Shown: in pieces, positions 9,648-18,402 of the stretch
How positions within the stretch are numbered: the first letter of the stretch is position 1
How the letters are laid out: each line of letters begins with the position of its first letter
DNA from: an uncultured Bacteroidales bacterium
Lineage (GTDB): Bacteria > Bacteroidota > Bacteroidia > Bacteroidales > FEN-979
Reading direction: 5' to 3'
DNA: 64,000 nt
Assembly: GCA_903915465.1 (NCBI GenBank)
Contig: CAIWTA010000082.1
Location: forward strand, 4,183-68,182
Notes under the pieces: model-generated
Told to the model about the DNA's origin: nothing
The model's input: the letters and a program-made list of their open reading frames with translations, nothing else
The model's database searches: none
Position numbers and translations under genes: made by a program

Positions 9648-10832
9648 TTAAGATTCGTCCAGGCTTTTTATTAAACGATCGCACGCATCCTCAACTTCCT
9701 CAGGCTTAATGGTGAGAGGAGGAGCAATGCGGAACGTGGTGGGATGAAATAAATACCAATCTACAATCAATCCATTTTGTAATGCAGCACTAATCAGCTT
9801 CTTCCGAATAGAAATATCATTAATCTCCACTCCGATGGCAAGCCCTTTTCTTCTTATTTCCCTGATAGCAGGATGATTTTGAATCTTCTCACAGATCATC
9901 TTTCCTTTTATTTCGGCTGTTTCAAGAAGATCACCACAGGAAATAATTTGCAGACTGGCCAGCGCTGAGGCACAAGAGACCGGGTGGCCGCCAAAGGTGG
10001 TGATATGACCCAGTTCTGGATTGAAGGTCAGCGTTTCCATGATCTCCTTCGATGAGATAAAAGCTCCTATCGGCATTCCGCCACCCATGGCTTTGGCTAG
10101 GACCAGGATATCCGGGTTAATTCCGAAATGTTCAAACGAAAAAAGTTTACCTGTTCTTCCAAATCCCATCTGGACATCATCGATAACAAGAAGAGTACCT
10201 GTTTCAGTGCATTTTCGTCGCAACTGATTCAGGAAATCTTTATCAGGAATGATAATACCAGCTTCTGCCTGGATAGTTTCAGCAACAACACATGCTGTTT
10301 TTATGGTGATACCCTCAAGATCATCAACATCATTGAACTTCAGGAAACGTATATCCGGAATCAATGGACGAAAAGAATTCTTTAATGATTCGTTTCCCAG
10401 AATGCTTAAAGCCCCCATCGTACTTCCATGATAAGCATTATTGAATGCGATAATTTCTGTTCGGCGGGTAAATCTTTTTGAAAGTTTGATCGCACCTTCA
10501 ATTGCTTCACTGCCTGAATTGACAAGATATACGGAATTCAGGCTCTCCGGTAAAAAAGAGACCAATGCTTTTGCTAACTTGACTTGCGGGGCTTGTACAA
10601 ATTCACCGTAGACATTCAAATGCAAATAATGATCAAGCTGATTATGGATGGCTTCGATTACTTCAGGATGTCGGTGACCAATATTACTAACAGAAATTCC
10701 TGAAACAAAATCGATGTATCGCTTTCCAGAAGAATCAAAAAGGTAAATACCTTCAGCTCTTTCAATCTCCAGACCAAGTGGCTGATTCGAAGGAAGACCT
10801 AAATATTTGAAAAACATTTCTCTTTCTGTCAT
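9648..10832 (-). CDS. class-III (acetylornithine/aspartate-family) PLP aminotransferase
   Basis: Class-III aminotransferase blocks (NSGSEAIEGAIKLSKR, VIDDVQMGFGRTGKLFSFEH, LAKAMGGGMPIGA). The track N-terminus (to 10982) overlaps the divergent SDR gene. The ATG at 10832 (MTEREMFFKYLG) fits. Confidence 0.85.
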   Translation of the reverse strand: MTEREMFFKYLGLPSNQPLGLEIERAEGIYLFDSSGKRYIDFVSGISVSNIGHRHPEVIEAIHNQLDHYLHLNVYGEFVQAPQVKLAKALVSFLPESLNSVYLVNSGSEAIEGAIKLSKRFTRRTEIIAFNNAYHGSTMGALSILGNESLKNSFRPLIPDIRFLKFNDVDDLEGITIKTACVVAETIQAEAGIIIPDKDFLNQLRRKCTETGTLLVIDDVQMGFGRTGKLFSFEHFGINPDILVLAKAMGGGMPIGAFISSKEIMETLTFNPELGHITTFGGHPVSCASALASLQIISCGDLLETAEIKGKMICEKIQNHPAIREIRRKGLAIGVEINDISIRKKLISAALQNGLIVDWYLFHPTTFRIAPPLTIKPEEVEDACDRLIKSLDES

Positions 10833-10901
10833 CTTAAATAAATTGTTTTTGCTAAGGTAGCAAAACAGACAAGAAAAATTATCTTTGTGAATAGTAAAAA
10901 C

Positions 10902-11714
10902 ATGGTAATGAAAGATAAAGTCACAATTATCACCGGGGCGAGTTCGGGAATTGGCAAGGCATTGGCGTTCTCCTGCGCACAAAAAGGGGCAAAACTAGTG
11001 ATTTCTGCAAGGAATGATCAGAAACTCAAGGAAATTGCAACTGAACTTACTTCATTTGGCGTTGACGTCCTTCCTGTAAAAACAGATGTTTCCATCGAAT
11101 CCGATTGCCGGGATCTGATCGAAAAAGCAATTGCTAAATTTGGCCGGATTGATGTCCTGATCAACAATGCCGGGATCTCCATGCGTGCACTCTTCGATCA
11201 GGCCAACCTGGACGTGATCAGGCAATTGATGAATACGAATTTCTGGGGAACTGTTTATTGTTCTAAATATGCTCTGCCTTACCTTCTCCAATCGAGAGGT
11301 TCTCTCGTTGGGATCTCCTCCATTGCAGGATACAAAGGTCTTCCCGGAAGAACAGGTTACTCAGCATCAAAATTTGCCATGCAGGGATTATTGGAAGTCA
11401 TTCGGATTGAAAATATGAAAAAAGGACTTCATGTTCTGATTGCCTGTCCTGGTTTTACCTCATCGAATATTCGTAACATTGCACTGGCTTGGGATGGCAC
11501 CAGCCAGGGCGAAACTCCTCTGGATGAATCCCGGCTTATGCCGGCTGAAGAAGTTGCATTGCGAATTGCAGCTGCAATTCAAAAAAGACAGCGTAGCCTT
11601 ATTCTTACTAATCAAGGGAAAATGACCGTTCTATTAAATAAATTTTTTCCTGGATTTATGGATAAAATGGTCTATCGCCATATGGCTAAAGAACCAAACT
11701 CACCTTTTAAGTAG
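10902..11714 (+). CDS. short-chain dehydrogenase/reductase (classical SDR)
   Basis: TGASSGIGKALA cofactor motif, NNAG, and catalytic YSASK. Start taken at the first ATG (10902), downstream of a TAtcTTTG -7 box. Confidence 0.85.
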   Translation: MVMKDKVTIITGASSGIGKALAFSCAQKGAKLVISARNDQKLKEIATELTSFGVDVLPVKTDVSIESDCRDLIEKAIAKFGRIDVLINNAGISMRALFDQANLDVIRQLMNTNFWGTVYCSKYALPYLLQSRGSLVGISSIAGYKGLPGRTGYSASKFAMQGLLEVIRIENMKKGLHVLIACPGFTSSNIRNIALAWDGTSQGETPLDESRLMPAEEVALRIAAAIQKRQRSLILTNQGKMTVLLNKFFPGFMDKMVYRHMAKEPNSPFK

Positions 11715-11723
11715 TTGCCTCTT

Positions 11724-12695
11724 CTATGCTCTTGGATGATACTGCAGGATTGTACTCCTAAGGTATTCCCTGTCAAGATGCGTATAAATTTCAGTAGTGG
11801 TGATGGATTCATGTCCGAGCATTTCCTGAACAGCGCGCAAATCGGCACCGCCTTCTACAAGATGCGTGGCAAATGAATGCCGGAATGTATGAGGACTCAC
11901 ATTCTTTTTTAAGCCGGTCTTTTTGACCAGGTCTTTAATGATAGTGAAAACCATGACCCTGGAGAGTTTATTTCCCCGACGGTTAAGAAAAACGATATCT
12001 TCATTTCCCTTTTTCAAAGTAATATGTGGCCGGATTAATTCCAGGTACGTTATAAGTCTTTTCTGTGCTATACTTCCCAAAGGAACTAATCTTTCTTTAT
12101 TCCCCTTTCCAATGATTTTAATAAAGCCTTCATTAAAGAAAAGGCCGGAGATCTTGAGTTCTACAAGTTCAGTAACCCGAAGACCGCACCCATACAGTAT
12201 CTCAAGCATTGCCCGGTTCCGTTCGCCACCAGGCTTGCTGAGATCAATTGCATTCAAAAGCAGGTCGATCTCCTCAATGTTCATGATTAAAGGTAGTTTG
12301 CGACCAATTTTCGGTGACTCAAGCATCTCAGTGGGATCCTTGGAAATTAAATTCTCAAGAAGTAAGTATTTGTAAAAGCCTTTCATCCCGGAAATTACAC
12401 GTGTCTGTGTTCGTGCCGTAATCCCAAGTTCAGTGATCCATCTCAGGAAATCCTGGAGATGCCTTAATTCCACTTTGTCAGGTTGAAGATTCAATGAGGA
12501 AGAATCTATGAATTGTGTGAATTTTGTCACATCGTGAATATAGGCTTCTACTGAATTCCTTGACAACGAACGTTCAAGCTGAAGATATGCCTTAAAACCT
12601 TTGATGTAAGAGGACCAATCTGCCAAAGTGAAGAAAGATTTAATCGGAATGGTTAAAAGTATGAAAATATTTTGGTTATTAATCTGAAAAAGCAT
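11724..12695 (-). CDS. xerD: site-specific tyrosine recombinase XerD
   Basis: N-terminal SAM-like block (YLQLERSLSRNSVEAYIHDV). Catalytic C-terminus (HTFRHSFATHLVEGGADLRAVQEMLGHESITTTEIYTH). The true start may be the in-frame TTG at 12626 (MADWSSYIKGF). Confidence 0.9.
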   Translation of the reverse strand: MLFQINNQNIFILLTIPIKSFFTLADWSSYIKGFKAYLQLERSLSRNSVEAYIHDVTKFTQFIDSSSLNLQPDKVELRHLQDFLRWITELGITARTQTRVISGMKGFYKYLLLENLISKDPTEMLESPKIGRKLPLIMNIEEIDLLLNAIDLSKPGGERNRAMLEILYGCGLRVTELVELKISGLFFNEGFIKIIGKGNKERLVPLGSIAQKRLITYLELIRPHITLKKGNEDIVFLNRRGNKLSRVMVFTIIKDLVKKTGLKKNVSPHTFRHSFATHLVEGGADLRAVQEMLGHESITTTEIYTHLDREYLRSTILQYHPRA

Positions 12696-12702
12696 ATTTT
12701 TG
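12695..12702 (+). promoter_or_regulatory. Bacteroidota sigma-A -7 box (TAnnTTTG) for rpmG
   Basis: TATTTTTG lies 28 nt upstream of the rpmG ATG. It matches the established Bacteroidetes -7 consensus TAnnTTTG. Confidence 0.5.
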
Positions 12703-12729
12703 CAGTCCCCAAATAAAAAGTGATAGAAG

Positions 12730-12918
12730 ATGGCTAAGAAGAGTAAAGATCAACGCATACAGGTAATCCTTGAATGTACAGAGCAAAGAGCCGCTGGAGT
12801 TGCCGGTATCTCACGGTATATCACCAAGAAGAACAAGAAAAACACTCCTGAACGGTTAGAATTGAAGAAATACAATTCTTACATGAAAAAAATCACATTA
12901 CATAAAGAAATCAAATAA
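12730..12918 (+). CDS. rpmG: 50S ribosomal protein L33
   Basis: [62 protein letters not shown] is a typical L33 in length and sequence. Confidence 0.95.
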   Translation: MAKKSKDQRIQVILECTEQRAAGVAGISRYITKKNKKNTPERLELKKYNSYMKKITLHKEIK

Positions 12919-12930
12919 TAAAAATATACT

Positions 12931-13092
12931 ATGGCAAAGAAAGTTGTTGCAACATTCCAGACTGGCAGCGGAAAAGATTATACAAAGGTTATCCGTATGG
13001 CAAAATCCGGTAAATCCGGCGCTTACGTCTTTAAAGAAAGCATTGTTCCAAATGACCTTGTAAAAGACTTTCTGACCAACCCCAAAAATTAA
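12931..13092 (+). CDS. DUF4295-family small protein (below ORF-track size cut-off)
   Basis: Hand translation gives MAKKVVATFQTGSGKDYTKVIRMAKSGKSGAYVFKESIVPNDLVKDFLTNPKN*. It occupies the conserved Bacteroidota position between rpmG and ftsY. Confidence 0.8.
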   Translation: MAKKVVATFQTGSGKDYTKVIRMAKSGKSGAYVFKESIVPNDLVKDFLTNPKN

Positions 13093-13111
13093 TCTCCTTC
13101 TCATGAAGGTG

Positions 13112-13148
13112 AAAAGGCTTTTTTCCTATGGGAAAGAAGCCTTTTTTG
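13112..13148 (+). terminator. rho-independent terminator/attenuator after the rpmG-DUF4295 unit
   Basis: The hairpin AAAAGGCTTTTTTCC-TAT-GGGAAAGAAGCCTTTT has one mismatch and is followed by TTTTG. Confidence 0.6.
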
Positions 13149-13184
13149 TTCATGAAACTCAGATTTTAAGAACGAATCGATTAT

Positions 13185-14138
13185 ATGGGATTCTTTTCAT
13201 TTCTTTCAAAAGATAAAAAGGAAAACCTTGATAAAGGGTTGGAAAAAACCAAAACCAGCCTTATTTCCAGGATTTCAAAGGTTCTTGTAGGCAAGTCTCA
13301 TGTTGATGATGAAGTCCTTGACAACCTTGAAGAAATCTTAATTACTTCGGATGTTGGCGTGGAAACGACTTTGAAGATCATCGATCGGATCCAGAAAAGG
13401 GTAACCAGGGATAAGTATACAAGCACAACAGAATTGAACAACATGCTGAAAGAAGAAATCGCTGATCTTCTTCAGGAAAATAATGTGGAAGATCTTGCTG
13501 ATTTCACAATTCCTGCATCCATCCGCCCATATGTAATCATGGTTGTCGGGGTGAATGGCGTCGGGAAAACTACTACCATCGGGAAATTAGCATATAATTT
13601 TAAGAAAGCAGGATTATCTGTCCTGCTTGGCGCTGCCGATACTTTTCGTGCTGCCGCTGTTGACCAGCTTAAAATATGGGCAAACCGGGCAGATGTTCCT
13701 ATTATTATGCAGGCCATGGGTTCCGACCCGGCTTCCGTAGCTTACGACACTGTGAAAGCAGCCATCGCACGAAATGCAGATGTAGTGATCATCGATACAG
13801 CCGGACGTTTACACAACAAGATCAACCTGATGAATGAACTGTCGAAGATCCGCAATGTGATCCAGAAACTCATTCCTGAAGCACCACATGAAGTACTCCT
13901 GATCCTTGATGCTTCCACCGGGCAAAACGCAATCGAACAGGCAAAACAATTCACTGCAGCGACTGAAGTCAATGCCATTGCCCTTACGAAGTTAGATGGA
14001 ACAGCAAAAGGCGGAGTTGTGATCGGAATATCAGACCAGTTCAAAATTCCGGTTAAGTACATCGGAATTGGCGAAAAGATAGAAGATCTTCAGGTTTTTA
14101 ATCGCTTCGAGTACGTTGATAGCCTCTTTAAACAATAA
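13185..14138 (+). CDS. ftsY: signal-recognition-particle receptor FtsY
   Basis: SRP GTPase motifs GVNGVGKTTTIGKLA, DTAGRLHNK and LTKLDGTAKGG. Confidence 0.95.
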   Translation: MGFFSFLSKDKKENLDKGLEKTKTSLISRISKVLVGKSHVDDEVLDNLEEILITSDVGVETTLKIIDRIQKRVTRDKYTSTTELNNMLKEEIADLLQENNVEDLADFTIPASIRPYVIMVVGVNGVGKTTTIGKLAYNFKKAGLSVLLGAADTFRAAAVDQLKIWANRADVPIIMQAMGSDPASVAYDTVKAAIARNADVVIIDTAGRLHNKINLMNELSKIRNVIQKLIPEAPHEVLLILDASTGQNAIEQAKQFTAATEVNAIALTKLDGTAKGGVVIGISDQFKIPVKYIGIGEKIEDLQVFNRFEYVDSLFKQ

Positions 14139-14147
14139 ATCCTTTCG

Positions 14148-15461
14148 TTGAAAACCAGATCACATCCCCACAGGATTGGCATCGTTTCACTTGGATGTGC
14201 CAAAAACCTCGTGGACACTGAAGTCCTCATGAAACAACTGGATGCCAGCCAGTTCAAACTGATCCTGGATCCAACAGACAAAGATCTTCTCGATACCGCA
14301 ATCATCAATACATGCGGATTTATCCTCGATGCCAAACAGGAATCTATCGACACAATCTTTCAATTCGTCCAGGCGAAAAAAAATGGTCAACTGAAAAATC
14401 TCTTTGTTATGGGATGCCTCTCCCAACGCTACAAGGAGCATCTTGTCAAGGAAATCCCTGAAGTGGATGAGTATTTTGGGGTTAACAACTTGATGCAAAT
14501 CGTGGAAAGGGTGGGAGGTGAGTTCCGTTCAAATTTGTTGGGTGAACGGTACCTTACCACACCTTCTCATTTTGCTTACCTGAAAATCGCCGAAGGTTGT
14601 GATCGCTCCTGCTCTTTCTGCTCCATTCCAATGATCCGGGGAAAACATATATCAAAACCTATCGAACTTGTCTTACAAGAAGCTGAATCACTCATCCGCC
14701 AAGGTGTGAAAGAGATCAACGTGATCTCTCAGGACACAACATATTATGGCCTTGATCTTTATAAAAAAAGAAGATTGCCGGAATTGCTGTCAAAACTTGC
14801 TTCCCTGCCCGGAATTGAATGGTTGAGGTTGCATTATACATACCCTGATGGATTTCCAGAGGAATTGCTGGATGTTATCATGAGTCAGAATACAATATGT
14901 AAATATATCGACATTCCGCTTCAGCATATCAACTCAAGGATCCTGAATTCAATGAAAAGAGGAATGGATACTGCAGAGACTCACAAATTAGTAAATACAA
15001 TCCGGACAAGGGTTCCAGGAATTGCAGTTCGAACAACTTTTATTGTTGGTTATCCTGGCGAAACTGAAAAGGAATTCGAAGAATTAAAGGATTTTGTGAG
15101 GAGCTCAAGGTTTGAACGGATGGGCGTTTTTATATATTCACACGAAGAAGCTACTTTAGCTTATAATTTGAAAGATGATATTCCTGCCTCTGTTAAAACA
15201 AGCAGGGCTAATGAATTGATGGAGATCCAGGAAGGGATCTCATTCGAAATGAACCAGAACAAAATAAACCAGATACTGAAGGTGATTATCGACCGGAAAG
15301 AAGGAGAATATTTTATTGGCCGCACCGAGATTGATTCTGCAGAAGTTGATAATGAAGTCCTGATCCGGTCAGGGAAAAATGAACTTTTCCCTGGAAATTT
15401 CTGTGATACACGCATCATTTCTGCCGATCAATTTGACCTCTATGGTAAAATTCCTGAATAA
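14148..15461 (+). CDS. rimO: ribosomal protein S12 methylthiotransferase RimO
   Basis: MTTase N-domain (IGIVSLGCAKNLVDTE), radical-SAM CDRSCSFCSIP, and a C-terminal TRAM region. It starts at a TTG. Confidence 0.9.
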   Translation: MKTRSHPHRIGIVSLGCAKNLVDTEVLMKQLDASQFKLILDPTDKDLLDTAIINTCGFILDAKQESIDTIFQFVQAKKNGQLKNLFVMGCLSQRYKEHLVKEIPEVDEYFGVNNLMQIVERVGGEFRSNLLGERYLTTPSHFAYLKIAEGCDRSCSFCSIPMIRGKHISKPIELVLQEAESLIRQGVKEINVISQDTTYYGLDLYKKRRLPELLSKLASLPGIEWLRLHYTYPDGFPEELLDVIMSQNTICKYIDIPLQHINSRILNSMKRGMDTAETHKLVNTIRTRVPGIAVRTTFIVGYPGETEKEFEELKDFVRSSRFERMGVFIYSHEEATLAYNLKDDIPASVKTSRANELMEIQEGISFEMNQNKINQILKVIIDRKEGEYFIGRTEIDSAEVDNEVLIRSGKNELFPGNFCDTRIISADQFDLYGKIPE

Positions 15462-15487
15462 AGAAAATTTCCATTTCTATTATTTAC

Positions 15488-15495
15488 TATTTTTG
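15488..15495 (+). promoter_or_regulatory. TAnnTTTG -7 box upstream of the MORN-repeat gene
   Basis: TATTTTTG lies 23 nt upstream of the ATG at 15518. Confidence 0.4.
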
Positions 15496-15517
15496 TCAAA
15501 ACAAAATATAAAGAACT

Positions 15518-16339
15518 ATGAAACGTATCCTTCTCTTTATCACAGCTATGGTTGTAATTCCGATATTCCTCTTCTCGCAGACGAGGGATAAAAAGTTGAA
15601 CATTGTTGATAAACCCCAGACTTCCCCGCAGACTATAATGCAAAAGTCGGATACCATTAATAAAATGGGACCGAATAATATGAAAACAGGGTATTGGGAA
15701 GAGTCAAACGGAGGTGACGTAGTTTCGAAAGGATATTATGAGAGTAATAATAAAATCGGTACCTGGGTTATGACTACTCAAAATAATCTTTTAATTAAAG
15801 TTGAATCCTATAAAAATTCGAAAAAGGACGGTATCTCATTGACGTTTGATAAAAAAAATCGTTTGATCAACCAGGAGTGGTATAGAAACGGACAACTAAA
15901 CGGGTTATCCACAGCTTATAATACGTACAGCGAAAATCCACTTTCCGAGGTTACCTATGCCAATGGAAAGAAAAACGGAACGTCCAAATTATATTACGAC
16001 AATGGCAAAGTTCAGGAAGAAGCAACTTATAAAGACGACATTAAAGACGGAACTATAAAATGGTACAACAAATCAGCTAAGTTGGTTGCTGAATACAATT
16101 ACAAAAATGGCCTTTTCGAAGGTGTGCAGAAAACATACTATGAGAATGACACCCTTTTGTCAGTTTCCAACTACCACAATAATATCCTTTCCGGTGATTA
16201 TATTGAATACTATAGGAACAGTTTGCAGAAAGTGTCAGGAAAGTACCTCAATGGGGAGAAAGAAGGTGTATGGACTGAATATGATGAAATGGGAAAAGCT
16301 ATAAAAACTTCGAAATTCAAGAACGGTATCCCTAAATAA
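15518..16339 (+). CDS. secreted MORN-repeat-variant (YwqK-family) protein
   Basis: Signal peptide, then repeated Y-x-NG-x-x-x-G units (YRNGQLNGLSTAY, YANGKKNGTSKLYYDNGKVQEEATYKDDIKDGTIKWY, YKNGLFEGVQKTYY, YLNGEKEGVWTEY). Confidence 0.75.
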   Translation: MKRILLFITAMVVIPIFLFSQTRDKKLNIVDKPQTSPQTIMQKSDTINKMGPNNMKTGYWEESNGGDVVSKGYYESNNKIGTWVMTTQNNLLIKVESYKNSKKDGISLTFDKKNRLINQEWYRNGQLNGLSTAYNTYSENPLSEVTYANGKKNGTSKLYYDNGKVQEEATYKDDIKDGTIKWYNKSAKLVAEYNYKNGLFEGVQKTYYENDTLLSVSNYHNNILSGDYIEYYRNSLQKVSGKYLNGEKEGVWTEYDEMGKAIKTSKFKNGIPK

Positions 16340-16367
16340 AATTTCAATTTCTTCTTAGGCATCTGCT

Positions 16368-16850
16368 ATGCGTAAAATCCGGAATCCTTTCGCAGGTCGG
16401 GAAGGCTATAACTGTTTTGGCTGTTCACCGGATAACGCTCTTGGTCTTCAAATGCATTTTATTGAAGACGGGGACGAGATCGTCTCGCACTGGGAGCCAT
16501 GCGAGCATTTTCATGGCTACGAGAATATTTTACACGGAGGAATCCAGGCTACTTTAATGGATGAAATTGCCAGTTGGGTTGTTTATGTTAAGGTGAGAAG
16601 ATCAGGTGTAACTTCAAAAATGAATGTTCGGTACCTGAAACCGGTTTTTGTTGATAAAGGAACCATAACATTACGTGCCGGGATACATGCAATGCGCAGA
16701 AACCTTGCAGACATTCTAGTAAAACTGTATAATAGCGATAATCAACTATGTGCCGAAGCCATCGTTACTTATTTTACCTCCTCTCCGGAAAAAACAAAAG
16801 AATCCTCTTTTTATCCCGACCACAACGAATTCTTTGAAGAGAACCATTGA
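16368..16850 (+). CDS. PaaI-family hotdog-fold thioesterase
   Basis: N-terminal CFGCSPDN zinc-ribbon-like block, then LHGGIQATLMDE, typical of PaaI/DUF4442-type thioesterases. Confidence 0.7.
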   Translation: MRKIRNPFAGREGYNCFGCSPDNALGLQMHFIEDGDEIVSHWEPCEHFHGYENILHGGIQATLMDEIASWVVYVKVRRSGVTSKMNVRYLKPVFVDKGTITLRAGIHAMRRNLADILVKLYNSDNQLCAEAIVTYFTSSPEKTKESSFYPDHNEFFEENH

Positions 16851-16939
16851 ATTGATATGAGCGCGTTAATGCTGTTTGAAAAGTATATTTTTTCATTCAC
16901 CGCTTTCTACTTCTGTCTTTTGACTTTCGACTTCAATCC

Positions 16940-18064
16940 TCAAAGCTGCTGTAATAAAAAATGGAAAAGGCGTGGCCAGTTGACTTCACCTGCTTTCTCT
17001 CCGATCCTGACCATCACAATTTTCTTTGCAGGACAAACGTATATATATTGGCCTAAAACTCCATAAGCAAAAAATTCACCGTCCTCTCTTACCCGCCAGA
17101 AGTAAGCGTATGGATATCCACGAGAATCCCTGGAGTCATTCTGGATGGTCAGGGATTCTTTAACCCAATGTTCCGGAACAATACTCTTCTCATCTCTATA
17201 TCCTCTATCAAGATATAACTGGCCAAACCTGGCAAAATCTGAAGCACTCGCTTGGATGCAGCAGAAAGCCTTGGCTTCATGATTTTTCTTGCTATCAAGA
17301 CTCCACGTAGAAGTATATTTCATGCCAAGTGGCTTCCATATCTTTTCTTCAAGATATTCGGAAATTCTCTTCCCTGTGGCCTTCTCAAGTATCATGGCAA
17401 GAAGCTGTGTATTCCCGCTCTGGTAAGAGTATGCTTCGCCTGGTTCAGAAATTACTTTTAATTTGAAAATAAATTTCTTTAAATTCTTGCCGTAGTAAAT
17501 TCTTGATGCATCACCAAAAGGATCATTATATCCTTCTTCAAAATTAATCCCCGATCGCATCGTAATCAAATGCCTTAGGGTAACTTTTCCGTATCCACGA
17601 TTACTGAGTTCAGGAAAGAAATCCGTCACAGGCTGGTCCAGGTTTCGAAGATATCCTTCTTCGATGGCAATCCCGACAAGTGCAGAAACGAAAGACTTGG
17701 CGATGGAAAAAGAGGGCAAAACAGAGGATTCATCATATCCATTCAAATATTTGGAAAACAGTAAACTGTCGTTTCGGATAATGAGAAAAGCGATTGTATG
17801 ACTGTTCTTCAGAAGATCGTCAAAGGAACCATATTTACCTGACTTAAGATACTCATCAGGTATTAGTATTTGGAAGTTATCATGACATTCCTTAAAATTC
17901 GAGATAGGTTGTTGATTATGTATAGAGTCCGCAGAAAAATGCTTGTAATCGCTGACCCCGGTGGGATACCAAAAAACCGACCGTACGACAAAGCAGGATG
18001 AAAGGAAGGACAGGAGGAGAAACAGGGTGGAAAGCTGAACAATTCCTTTAATTCGCAATTCCAT
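16940..18064 (-). CDS. serine hydrolase, class-C beta-lactamase/PBP-like
   Basis: SxxK active-site motif (SIAKSF), a YSN-like YQSGN block and an N-terminal membrane anchor. Confidence 0.75.
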   Translation of the reverse strand: MELRIKGIVQLSTLFLLLSFLSSCFVVRSVFWYPTGVSDYKHFSADSIHNQQPISNFKECHDNFQILIPDEYLKSGKYGSFDDLLKNSHTIAFLIIRNDSLLFSKYLNGYDESSVLPSFSIAKSFVSALVGIAIEEGYLRNLDQPVTDFFPELSNRGYGKVTLRHLITMRSGINFEEGYNDPFGDASRIYYGKNLKKFIFKLKVISEPGEAYSYQSGNTQLLAMILEKATGKRISEYLEEKIWKPLGMKYTSTWSLDSKKNHEAKAFCCIQASASDFARFGQLYLDRGYRDEKSIVPEHWVKESLTIQNDSRDSRGYPYAYFWRVREDGEFFAYGVLGQYIYVCPAKKIVMVRIGEKAGEVNWPRLFHFLLQQL

Positions 18065-18269
18065 TTCTAATTACATAATCTTTTCTAACTGATTTGGATT
18101 TAGAAGAATAGCGTTTGCTATAATTATTTTTGTTTCTTTTGCCGTATGCACTTTTGTGTGATATGTTACCAGTGCAAAGAGATTTCCTCGAATGAGAGCA
18201 GGACGCAAAAGAAAAAAAAGAAAGGATAAAAACAATCAGAAAAAAAGATGATTTTCCTATGATTTTCAT
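18048..18269 (-). CDS. small basic putative lipoprotein
   Basis: From the internal ATG: MKIIGKSSFFLIVFILSFFSFASC (lipobox), followed by a Lys/Arg/Ser-rich tail. It overlaps the next gene's start by 17 nt. No homology recognised. Confidence 0.3.
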   Translation of the reverse strand: MKIIGKSSFFLIVFILSFFSFASCSHSRKSLCTGNISHKSAYGKRNKNNYSKRYSSKSKSVRKDYVIRNGIAN

Positions 18270-18336
18270 AACCAATTGACTGGTGCTTACGAAAGGTAAA
18301 AATATCAAAATTTTTGATATGAACCGAAAAAATTAA

Positions 18337-18344
18337 TATTTTTG
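18337..18344 (+). promoter_or_regulatory. TAnnTTTG -7 box upstream of the TonB-receptor operon
   Basis: TATTTTTG lies 59 nt upstream of the ATG at 18403. Confidence 0.4.
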
Positions 18345-18402
18345 TGCAAATTGACCGGCTGCAATTTTTATCATTAATTTCAGATAAGCCCAAGACTGCA
18401 TC

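Noticed and set aside
11923-12375. 150-aa plus-strand ORF inside xerD, and a 213-aa plus-strand ORF at 57968-58609 inside the M1 peptidase gene
   Set aside because: These are antisense shadow ORFs within genes that have unambiguous catalytic motifs. Their sequences are Ser/Arg/Ile-rich with no recognisable domain.
15518-16339. YwqK-family 'antitoxin' as part of a toxin-antitoxin or polymorphic-toxin module
   Set aside because: The protein has a signal peptide and consists only of MORN-variant repeats. The neighbours are rimO and a thioesterase, and there is no toxin-like partner. The family name is historical.
18250-18402. Cobalamin or other riboswitch upstream of the TonB-dependent receptor operon
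   Set aside because: The leader is short and extremely AT-rich, with no GC-rich B12-box-like core and no obvious multi-stem junction. This cannot be fully excluded without a covariance-model scan.
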